A stretch of DNA of 55,152 nt, the filler included, from Sluysia triapertura (lineage: Eukaryota), in NCBI GenBank assembly GCA_046118255.1. It is 4 parts of 4 records of this genome, joined end to end, with 100 filler letters (N's around TTAATTAATTAA, not from the genome) between each part and the next. Parts side by side here need not be neighbours in the genome. Positions count along the whole stretch, not along the records: positions 35,580 to 55,152 come from JBJNIA010059872.1; 3 more parts are not named here. One strand, 5' to 3'. The notes under the pieces are model-generated. The model did no database searches. It saw only the letters and a program-made list of their open reading frames with translations, and was not told where the DNA came from. Of this stretch, positions 38,857 through 49,629 are shown piece by piece (position 1 is the first letter of the stretch; the number at the start of each line of letters is the position of its first letter). The position numbers and the translations under genes are program-made.

Positions 38857-40135
38857 TTAATAATTTTCACACATAAATAACTGCATAATTATTACAATAC
38901 TTTCAATAGTTTTACTAAAGTATTATCTATTTGTCTTCTCATGATTTATAAAATAAATATTATTAATATTAATATTATGATTATTATTAAGGTAATAAAA
39001 CCAATTTTTACTTCGTTAAACATCGAAAAGAACCAAATAAATGGTTGTGCAAACAATTCAGCCACAGTCGGAACTGTATGTACACAATTTACGATATTTC
39101 TAGTTTGATAGATGACAATAATCGATTTTTATTTGCTGGTAATTTTAAAATAGGAATTAATGCTAATGTACTGGCGTATATGGAAAAATGGTACTACAGC
39201 CGAACTAAAGTCGTTTATGAGAATTTTGATGATAATTTATTTATTGATTTAGAATTTTATAAAAAATTAGACATAACGAAAAATCATTTTTAGTATACAT
39301 GTGCATATATATATGTAATTTTATTGTATTTATTTAATTAAATTTATTTGTAAATTTTTAATTTTGTACAAAATTAACATTATGGATTTAAACTTTGGGA
39401 AATGTATTTCTTCTGTTCTGGATATGAAACGTAAAATTCAACTGGCAAAAAATGCAATAATTTTTGTTGAAGTTATGAATTTCAATTTATAAATAATACG
39501 ATTTTTGGAATGATAATGTGATAACAATAATATTAAAATAATAATAATAATAATCTAAATAATAATGAATTTAAAAAATACTTTAAAGTACTTTAATTAT
39601 TAATTATTAAAGAACCTTTCAGGTCATTAAATTCAAAAAAATAAGTAAAGTATTGTTAGGGTTTCTTCAATTTATAAAGTACTTACAAAATAGAATAAAA
39701 ATTCGAATATGTCTGTAATGAACGATCCTATAGGATTTACTAGATCAAAGTTATGTGAATATTACAAACTTTAGGAATTACTTGGATTGATATACTAAAG
39801 TCTGCTTCCTCTACTTTTATTCTGCTTTTTTCAATAGCGTTCTTTTTATAATTTATGACTTCTACTGCTTTCTATGTCCCTATGATTCAAATATTAAATT
39901 ACCACAGTACTTAAATATGTCTATTGCAAATTTGTTTTGAAATATTACTAAGACATCTTCAAATTTTTCTCTACAAGACTCTAACACAACTAAAAGTTTT
40001 ATTTCACTTTTACATAAAAAATACATAAATAATATGCTTTTAAAACAATCAAATACGTTGAATATTGTTGGGGTAAAAGGCCTAAAAAGTGCCAAGTAGT
40101 ATAATTGAATATATTGAAAATGAAATTGTTAGACG

Positions 40136-40208
40136 GGGCTGATAGCTCAGTGTTAGAGCAGTCGGACTGCGCAGACGATGGTCCCGGGTTCGATCCCCGG
40201 TCAATCCA
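40136..40208 (+). tRNA. tRNA-Ala-derived gene or pseudogene with non-canonical anticodon arm
   Basis: Acceptor GGGCTGA/TCAATCC with G3:U70 and an A discriminator; D arm GCTC/GAGC; perfect T arm CCGGG-TTCGATC-CCCGG; TTTT immediately after. The anticodon arm pairs poorly and has one extra base. Confidence 0.75.
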
Positions 40209-42363
40209 TTTTACGAAGTCTAACAATATGATTTCAACTCATTCGGTAAAGAAGAGTGTAACTTATAACGAAAACTTAGGATTTTTAATGGTATAGAAAT
40301 TAATGCAGTTTTTCCAGAACCAAACCGTCAATTGAACAGGATGAAATTATGTACAGTAGAAAGTCGTCACGATGTGATCTTCCAAGTAATATTATTGGTT
40401 CCTTGTCAAAGATTTCGACACAACGGTAATAAAATGGAACAATGATCAATTGGTTTTGAAATTCTATATAGAATTTTTACTTAAACAAAAGAAATTCTGA
40501 GTTCTCTATTTTTGCTATTGCTATTTATTTTGTGTAGTTTTACCAATTCGTAATTAAAACTATTATTTCGGCGAAAATATTGGTAATTCTGTTTCCAACT
40601 AATTAAAGGTGTAAAAAATTTTATTTTTATGATTTTGTGTGAAAAATGAAATCATGAAAATATTATAAAAATTATTAAAATTGTATTATTTTAAAAAATT
40701 ACTATTTCAATTATAATGAAATTAAAATTATTACTATTATAAATTAAAAAATACCTAAAAAGAAACTTCTCAAAAGAAGTTTGTTTAATTAAATTAAAGT
40801 TTAAAAAATGTTTTTATGTCTATACAAAGAAATCAGAACGCCATTTTAAAGTTAGAACGCCATCATTAAAAAAACAAAGCCAAAACTCAATTTGCCAGAC
40901 ACAGAAATAATAAATTAGAATTCGTCAATTTTGGTAAAGAAAATCAAATTATCTGCGACATCATCCGGCTCGACATCATTTATTAAATTACTCGTTCACG
41001 TCGGTTTCAATCTTATTCTTCCATTTATTTTGTGCGACTCGATCGATCAATCCAAAATTTATTCGTATTATTAATTAAATACGTAAGTTTGGTTTGTATA
41101 AGTATATAAACTCACAAAGAGCTAAAAGAATCCACTTAAAATACTGTTTTTCACGGTTGGTCATTAAGACCAATCATAAAATCAAACTAAATTATAAAAT
41201 CTTGAATCTTTAGTTGGCCGTAAGGACAATTATAAAATAGATATTGCAGGGTAGAGTCTTTTGGCTAGACCCTTATTATAATTTAAATATTACCTTTATT
41301 ATAATTTTATTATTTCTGTGTTATTAATAATCATAATTGTCTATTTTACTAATTTATAACAATTTTGTCTTATTTTTGTGGAATAAAAATATTAGAAGCA
41401 CTTTGAGTTCCTTTTATTATAATTGTCTTAATATAAACGTGTAACCTAAATTGAGTTTATAGTCATTTTACTGTACGAATAATTCATAATTATTATATCG
41501 AAAAATTACTTTGATTTCAATATTATTTCGTTAAATTTTAATAAGAATTATAAAATTCTACTGTCATTATATTAAGGTTTGGAGATATATAAAACGTTAC
41601 ATTTTTATACCATCATTAATCACTTGATTTTTATAAACTAGCGTTTGTCTTGATTACTTTCTAAGCTATTTAGGTTTAGTTGACATAGCTACGATTTTTC
41701 TCATCACTGTTAAGTTAAGGCAAAGAATATTTTTGTACGATTAATTTTGATAATTGTTTTCACGTAATTTTAAAGGTACGCCATTAGTAAGTCGTATACT
41801 GTAAACGGACTCAGAATAATTATTTTGCTGTAGGTTAGGTTTTTAGATTAAGAAAAACACCCAGCAAATCGTTAAAAAAGAAGATCTTTAAATGTGGCAG
41901 AAATCATGACAATGATAAACTTTACAATTGCTGATGAAAGAAATAAATGTGAGTTGTCTTTATGTACTAAATATATTTATGTTTTACGTTATAATTTTGT
42001 CGAGCATATAAACATAGAAGAATAAACATTGATTTACAAAGTAAAGTATATCTTACATTAAAAAGTCTTATCATAAATTGACAGATAAAATCAATACCAA
42101 ACTGCTTTTTCTTGTAAATTACGATTCAATTACCTAATCAAATCAAAATAATTCAGGATCGTATATAAAATTCACTAAATATATTACATATCTTTCCTAA
42201 TTAAGCTTAGAAACACTAATAACACACAAGAAAGTCGAATAATCCTTTCCTACTAATACAAATAATGCATTGATACACTCTAAATGGTTATTCGAAGTAT
42301 CTGATGGCAATATTGACTACAATTTTGTTCCATTTGTACATCATTCGGACAATCAAAACAATG

Positions 42364-42641
42364 TCAGGTGTGCCAGAGACCTTCTTATTCTCTTAATTTA
42401 ATGTTACATGTGCAGAACCAACATGGTTTCAGGAGTGCCAGAGGCCTTCTTATTCTCTTAATTTAATGTTACATGTGCAGAACCAACATGGTTTCAGGAG
42501 TGGAATTTGAACTTAAATTCATCTCACTGACAGTTATATGAGGACTTCAGGTCCAAGAATTGGAATTCAGGTTTCAGGAGTGGAATTTGAACTTAAATTC
42601 ATCTCACTGACAGTTATATGAGGACTTCAGGTTCAAGAATT
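42364..42641. repeat. Two overlapping tandem duplications (65-bp unit x2, 80-bp unit x about 2)
   Basis: TCAGG recurs at 42364, 42429 and 42494; GGTTTCAGGAGTGGAATTTG at 42490 and 42570. Confidence 0.92.
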
Positions 42642-42819
42642 TATTAAAGATGTTTCTTTTAAATTTTAACCGGAAATTTATGTAAGACAAGGAATAACCT
42701 GCCTTATCAAAAGGATCAGTAACTTTATTACGAAAAAGGAAAATGACACAATACAATACATAATACTAAAACTAGACTTTTATTTGAACCATGTGAAGAA
42801 AGCATCACTTTCGTAGGCA

Positions 42820-43650
42820 TCAAGTACTTAATGGGGTAGCATAAAATATTGAGATTGTTGTTGAATCTATTGTTGATGAATTGACTGTGAAACGTCGAAC
42901 GTTTTCATTATTAATTGTTGGCAAATATCTATTAGGGATTTGGGAGCGTTGGGCAGATGTTGTTACTGTTACGTTAATACAAGAAGTTTGATTAATAGTA
43001 ATGCTAGGATTTGTATATGTAGTATCATTTGCAATAATAGGGGTATTGTAAATAGTGGTACATTATTCGATTGTGTAACTGGAGCTTTACCAGTGACAGA
43101 TCTAGAAGAATTTGTATAAACTGATGCAATAATGACGAAAATTTAGAATCTACTGTTTAACTAGTAGTTAATGCAGGATTTGCTGCTCCAAATTAATGCT
43201 TTTTATCGTCTTCAGGATGTTTCTTCCTACTTCTCTTGCCTACCATATGTCATTCTCAATTTTATCTGCTAAGTCTGAATATATTCGTATCAAATTTTAT
43301 TGTATAAGTTTCTTCATTAAGTGCATCTAGAACTTCACTTGAACTCATATTATGAAAGTGATCTTCTTGTTTGTAATCTTCTTCATGATGTTTTTTCAAT
43401 TAGTTTATTTATGGACTTGTGTTGGCTAAATTCACAATCAAATTTTCCGATTGATACCAACTCTTTTGTTGGGACTTCTTTATATTCTAAATATCCTTTA
43501 ACATTATCAATACTATTATTATTACCAATTTTAACAAACACGAGAAATTTATTCGAGCATAGACAATTATTATCAAATCTTTGTAAAATGCTTTCAAACG
43601 TTAACTACTTGTCTGTGATTGAACTTCACTGCGACCACCATATTATATGA
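42820..43650 (-). pseudogene. Decayed intronless ORF with Thr/Ser/Asn-rich tail, downstream of a degenerate module
   Basis: Long protein-like pieces (LTFESILQRFDNNCLC...FSQHKSINKLIEK; HHEEDYKQEDHFHNMSSSEVLDALNEE; TTIYNTPIIANDTTYTNPS...VRRFTVNSST) broken by stops and shifts. Confidence 0.4.
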
Positions 43651-43699
43651 AATTTGACGTAATTAAAATTATGAAAAATTATTTTTTTATTACTTCTAA

Positions 43700-44423
43700 T
43701 ATTATTTCTAATATTTGTACCAGTATATGCAGCATTAATACACATATCATTACTTTGGCATCCGTGGTGGTTAAATAGTTTGACCCATATAATAATAAAG
43801 TGATGTGCTTATTACGTAATTGACTATTTAATTCATTAATTTAAATTTTAAATTATTATTATTAGTTATTGCTGCTATTTTAAATTTATGCATAATATTA
43901 TTATGTTACACGAAAGATAAAATAAATAGGAAAATTTTAGTTCATTACATTCTTCTTACTTTATTCGAGTTTATTATTTTTTTAAAATATCGTGTACTTT
44001 TAATCCTGCACGATCTTATTAGAAGTTTTACACATGATAGATTAGTTTTAAAGAATTCTAATTGAATATAAGGTTCTGAATACTGAAAGGTTAAGTTCTT
44101 CGAAATTGAATATCCAATTCTTTATTCTTAATTTTGTTCATTTGTTGAATTATTTTCATGTGAATTGGAGAATAACGATTTTATTTTGGTTCTTGAATAA
44201 ATATTCCATCAAGTCTTTCTGTACACTCTTTCAGTAGTCTTTGTAGACACGGTATTTTATGAGTCGTGTTAAGGGTGTACAATAGGTTGATTTTAAAGGT
44301 CTTGAGTTTTATTCAAGTTTTGAGTTGAATAAGGTATATATTTCTTGATACGTATTGCTTTTAATGGATTTTACAGTGATAAATATGTTTAATAAATTTA
44401 TGTTTTACGGTTAATCCACCAGA
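43700..44423 (+). repeat. Possible highly degenerate module copy
   Basis: TTA tract, ATGCATAAT near 43888, a G/T-leaning stretch, and the end TTTAATAAATTT...GGTTAATCCACCAGA, which resembles the module-1 end. Confidence 0.35.
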
Positions 44424-44736
44424 ACTTATCTATTCACACTTTTAGTTTCACTTCTAACATCTTACCACTTACAATTAATTTTGTCTCGTTTTTGGTTGTG
44501 GTTGAAAATTTATATTATGCGTATTTAAATTAACTTGCTGGTGAAATTTACGAAATATGCTATATAAACTAATTAAAGGATTATCTTTTTCTTTTGCCTT
44601 ATAATTATGAATGATTCTTTTATTTTTTAGTATTAAAAGAATATAACATCCAAGAAAAGATTTATTATTTACACATATATTTAAACAAATGTTTTCATAA
44701 TGTCCTTGAAGGCGAAAAACCTAGTCTTGCATACGA

Positions 44737-45674
44737 TTACGGGAAGGCCATATTCTTTACCTCTCGTTCATTACAGTTCTTTTTATTTTCTGTGCTTGTA
44801 GTATTCCATACCAATGGGTCTTTCAATAGTTGAGTTATTCTAGAAGATTGCCATTTATGCTTTTGTCTTGAGTATTCCTGAGGTTCCAGTTCATATGTAA
44901 TATGTGCGTAGCGCCAAGGACTCCGTTTTTGATACATAGACCATATTTGTCTGTATAGTATGGACACATCGCAGTAAAATTCATTTTATACTCATTATAT
45001 TTGTAGAAATGATTACTGGTATATTCAACTTTAATAGTATCGATACTTTTGTTTAAAGAATCACTGTCTTTATAGTATTATCCACTCTTGTAATAACCTT
45101 TATCTATAACGTTAATATTTCTGTTATCATCATAATCGTCAATATAACTTTTAACTTTAAGATCAAAGTATTTATAATCAACATTATCAAATCTTTTAAC
45201 TAAAAAATCAAAGTATTTATAATCATCGTTATGATATCTTTTAGCTAAAAATTCAAAGTATTTATAATCAATATTATCATATCTTTTAACTTTAAGATTT
45301 ACATCGTTGTTATAAAATTTAACTTTAAGATAATCATGATTGTTAAGGGTTTTAGCTTTGAGATAATTATCAATGTGATGACTTTTAACTTTAAGATCAT
45401 CATAGTTGTCATGACTTTTAATTTTAAGATCATGATCATAGTTATGAGTTTCGACTTTCAAATCATCATGATTGTGATGACCTTTAGCTTTAAGATCATC
45501 ATCGTTGTTATGACTTTTAGCATTAAGATGATCATCATAGTTATGAGATTTTACTATAATATTAGCGTCATTGTTATGAGTTTTCACTTTAGGATCAACG
45601 TCGTTGTTATAAAATTTGACTTTAAGATCATTATCGTTGATACAACTTTTAAAAGAGTTCATATCTAAACTTCG
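44737..45674 (-). pseudogene. Module-4 cargo gene: N-terminal 11-aa/14-aa tandem repeats plus C-terminal CCCH finger, frameshifted
   Basis: ORF 45078-45662 carries K(S/T)HNxDDxLKV repeats (33 bp), then KRYDNxDYKYFxxxx repeats (42 bp). A splice acceptor TTTTAACTTACTTGTAG lies in frame just upstream. The finger reads TAMCPYYTDKYGLC (shift) YQKRSPWRYAHITYEL at about 44888-44975. Confidence 0.65.
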
Positions 45675-45787
45675 CTACAAGTAAGTTAAAATATAATTGT
45701 GTAAGAAAAATTCTTTTCTATTTTTACATAGCTGTTACTAATAATAAATTTTTTTGAAAAAAAAACAATGTGTGCATATCATGACCA

Positions 45788-46827
45788 TTGATTGGTCATC
45801 CAACCAGAGGAATTGAGATAAAAGCTACAGTTATTTTGCTCTGATTAGATGACCAGTAAAAATAAAGAATACAGTTAATAGTGAATGTACTGATTTAGAG
45901 ATGAACCACCATTCATGATGACATTCATTTGTACATAAAGATTATTTATGTCAGTATGAATGGTGGTAATTTGTTCATTTATGTATTTAATTAAAATAAT
46001 TAAAATTAAAATGTTAATGATAATAATAATAATAACATTTAAAATAGTGATAATAATAATAATAACAAAATATTATTATTATCATTATAAACGCATAAAC
46101 TTCTTTATCTTTATTAAACATGATCTTACTTTCATCTTTACTTTTGCTGAACATATTGGAATTTAAAATGAAGAAACACGATCTGTTGTTATATGTATGG
46201 TTTTTCTTATTAATTTATTAATCTTATGATACCTCAGTTTAATGTTCTAGATGAATTGATGTTTCTGTCTGAAAATGTTATTAAAACGTATATGATTTTG
46301 ACGTAATTATTTTGAAGTAGTGCAAGTGTTGAGAAGAGTGAAGAATGTTAACTGGTGTTTTGAAAGAAAGTCATGTTTGCTTGTTGGAACTTAATAATAA
46401 ACGATCGTACATTTAGAATATTTGGGTTTTTTGAAGTAATATCGAATGTAATTATGATTGAATTGTTAAGAATGAAAAATAAAATGTTTTGAATGATTTT
46501 TGCTTTAGTTTAATGGTTTGAAATGTAATTGTGATTTGAATGTTATGAGATGTCGAATTGTTCAATGGTACTCCTTGTTATGAGATTGTAGGTTTAAAAT
46601 ATCTTGAAAAGTGAATGTTTATTTTGATAGATGTGAAGCGAAATGAGGTATAAAAGCGATTGAGATGAATTTCGCAAAATTGTTATATGTTGTTAAAAAG
46701 CTTTATTTTAGATATGATAGATTAGTTTTAAATAGGTTTAAAATATATAAAATGTATTTGGAAGTTTATGCTTTTATATGTTTGAATTTTTGTAGATTTG
46801 ATTAAGATTGGTGAGTTAGCCACCACA
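45788..46827 (+). repeat. Dispersed module copy 4
   Basis: Hairpin 1 at 45791-45857, hairpin 2 at 45901-45978, (TAA)n, AAACGCATAAA at 46089, GATCTTACTTT at 46122, G/T body, end GTTAGCCACCACA at 46815-46827. Confidence 0.88.
45901..45978. ncRNA. Hairpin 2 of module 4
   Basis: ACCACCATTCATGATGACAT (45905-45924) / ATGTCAGTATGAATGGTGGT (45948-45967), with a possible lower stem ATGAA / TTCAT. Confidence 0.45.
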
Positions 46828-47774
46828 TCGTTTATTTTAACATTACTGAAGATTATAAATTCTTTGATATTCAAATATTTATTTCCAAATTATTTTATTA
46901 TTAGTTTTTTTGCCCACTGAATAGTATTTTCTTTGCTATTGATTTAAATGAGGTACATATATGCAGCAATTTTATTACCACTCACACTCTAAACACAGTC
47001 TACAATCTTATTCTGATTATATCTAATACATATCTCAAAACCCGTAATAAAATCATTAAAATGTAAATTGCATCAATTAATTTCATTAATATCAATATTG
47101 TTTTTCCCAGCATCGTCTCCTTCATTCACATCAACACCATTCCGTAGAGCATCTTTAAACTTTTTGTGTTACATGCTCTTTAAAGATGCATTACAAGAAG
47201 TGTCTATAAATAAAATGAATCATGTACAGGAAAATGTATTTCGGAATTTGATTAAGTAAATAAGATGGGAATGAATCATGTAAGTAATATTGTTACTCAT
47301 TTACCACAAAAAAGATGTGGATCAATAATCAGCTTAGAAATATATGCTTATTTGGACTAAAGCTCGTGAAAATCTCTGCAGTGTAGATAATTTACCAAAC
47401 CAATTTTCTAGCCATTATCATGATGACAATGACGAATCTAGTGAAGATTCAAGTAATGATCATAACAACAATAATGAGAAGAAAATAAAACATCAATAAC
47501 AAAGCAATCGAAACGAAAAACTTAATCCCTTAAAAATTCTAATCAAAATTCTAAAAAGAATCACAAAAATTAGCAGCCAATAAAAAAAACGTCCCAAAAG
47601 CGCTAATCAACAAATAAAAAGTTCTCCAAGACTAAAAAATAATTACTATAATTAAAAACAGAATGTTTAATTTTAAATATTTATAAATTTAACCTTGTTT
47701 TTGTATTAAATAAAGTAATGAAAGGCATTTTTTGAAAAATCTGCTTATTAGAATTTTTGTTCATATAATTTAAG

Positions 47775-47982
47775 ATGCTTTGTAAAATGTGAAAACAATA
47801 GCGGCTCTGTTTTATTTCTTACTTATGATATATCACATGTTGATTGGGTTATTCAATATGATGTGCCAAAATATTATGATGATTATGTTCATAAAGTTGG
47901 GCGTACAGCCAGAGCTGAGAAATCTGATATTTCAGTACTTTTTATTTGTTTCACACAGAAACATGAAGGAATAATCCAATAA
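47775..47982 (+). pseudogene. DEAD-box RNA helicase C-terminal fragment (motif V-VI region)
   Basis: SVLFLTYDISHVDWVIQYDVPKYYDDYVHKVGRTARAEK. Motif VI HRxGRTAR is recognisable; motif V (DVAARGL) is missing. Confidence 0.85.
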
Positions 47983-48895
47983 TCCAATGTAATTTTGACG
48001 ATTTCTTTCCCAAGAAGTAGATGTTCCGATTTTATGGATTTTGAATTTTGTGGTATTGCAAAAAGTATTGTTCCTTTAAACATTTAAGTCGTATGGTTTA
48101 TGTAGAATGGATACGATCTGTTATTTGTATAATTTAATAACTAAGATAGGTTATATTTATGGACTTCAAGCTGATGATTTTATTAATTGTTTTTATGGCT
48201 GTCTTGAAATAATAACTTGGGTTATTGCAAAAAGCAGAAATGATTATTATTTTTAGGATTTCAAATTAAATTAGATAATCATACTGACACTGCTTTTGTC
48301 GAAAAGATGGATTAACAATAATTGTTGAAGATAGTAAATTCTATCAGCTTGATTTGTTTCTTAATCAATTATTATTTCAACCATACCAAATGAAAGAGAG
48401 TTACAGATTATTATTCACAATAAACATGTCAATCTTGATTGTAATACGAACTATCAACGCATCCGGTATCTTTGATTTTAAGTCTTTATCAAAAGATGTA
48501 GCTACTACTCATTTTAATTTCTATTTTGACAGAGGATTTTTGTATGTAGTTTTCTAGTTCAATAAATGCGAACAGCTTTTATGATTTTTTAACCGTAATG
48601 ACTTTAAGCCTTGAGCCGAATTGTAATTTAAAAAATTTTAAATTTTGTGATAAATAGGCGAACCTTAAGTCCCATTTAGCTTTGACTTAACTACTTGTAG
48701 CAATGAAGAAATTAAATCGGACCTTAAGTCCATATTTAATAACGAGTTTTTCGAAATTAAATTATTTATTATGATCTTAGTTCATAAATTAACTATAATC
48801 CGACCATTAGAGCTTGAAATATCATTGATATATTATCAACAATAAAGGACTAAGTATTTTACACACTTTAATAAGTCATATTATTTTATTTTTTA

Positions 48896-49550
48896 TGTGT
48901 GATTCAAACCGTTTTATTGCATTTTTCGGCGACCATGGAGTAATTTATCATGATAATATCTAATAATATTATGAAAATAACATTGTGCATAGAATTATGG
49001 CTATTTTTGTTATTGAAAAATATTCAAAACCATTAACTCATATTAAATTTTATTTAAAACATTTTAACCCATAATTCATAACATCAGAATTAGAATTACA
49101 TTTAAAACCTTCAATCTACATTTTATATCATCAATCTTTCAATTTCCAAACTTTACTTTACATTTTAAATTCCATTAAAAACATTTTAAATTCATGGTTT
49201 TATTTCATTTCAGAATGGGTATCAAAATATTTGTTCAGAAGAAGCATTTTAAAAAAAGACAGATGGTGTAAAGTATTCAAAAGATGAAATTCATGTATTT
49301 TAATTTTTATATTATTATTATTAATCATTTTTATTATTATTTTCATTATTATTATTGTTAATATTAGTGCTTTTAATTATATTATTATTTTTGATTTACA
49401 CAGTGACTAATTTTGTTCTTTGGTGTGTCATCGATTTGACAGTTAATTAAACTTAATTCAACATACCATGTTGACTGTCTATCAATGGCAAATAGTTGCT
49501 GGTTAATTGAATGAGGGAATTAATTTTGTCTGAGTGGACATCCAATCAGA
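48896..49550 (-). repeat. Dispersed module copy 5, inverted and shortened
   Basis: GGACATCCAATCAG at 49536-49549; hairpin TGTCATCGATTTGACAGTTAA (49426-49446) / TTGACTGTCTATCAATGGCA (49471-49490); TTA tracts; TCAAAATATTTGTTCAG near 49222; C/A-rich body. The left boundary is tentative. Confidence 0.7.
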
Positions 49551-49629
49551 AGCCAAGAAAAGAAAATTATTTGTTTGTAAAACACAAGATTTAAAAATAA
49601 GCATAATTAATTTTACAATTCGCAGTTAA

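Noticed and set aside
39045-39293. LCKQFSHSRNCMY as another CCCH finger
   Set aside because: The third Cys and the His are absent in the frame read, and no module is adjacent.
39999-40296. Short ORFs overlapping 40136-40208
   Set aside because: By-products of the GC-richer tRNA-like sequence.
42364-42641. CRISPR-like array (GGTTTCAGGAGTG repeats)
   Set aside because: The intervening sequences are duplicated rather than unique, the context is eukaryotic, and there are no cas genes.
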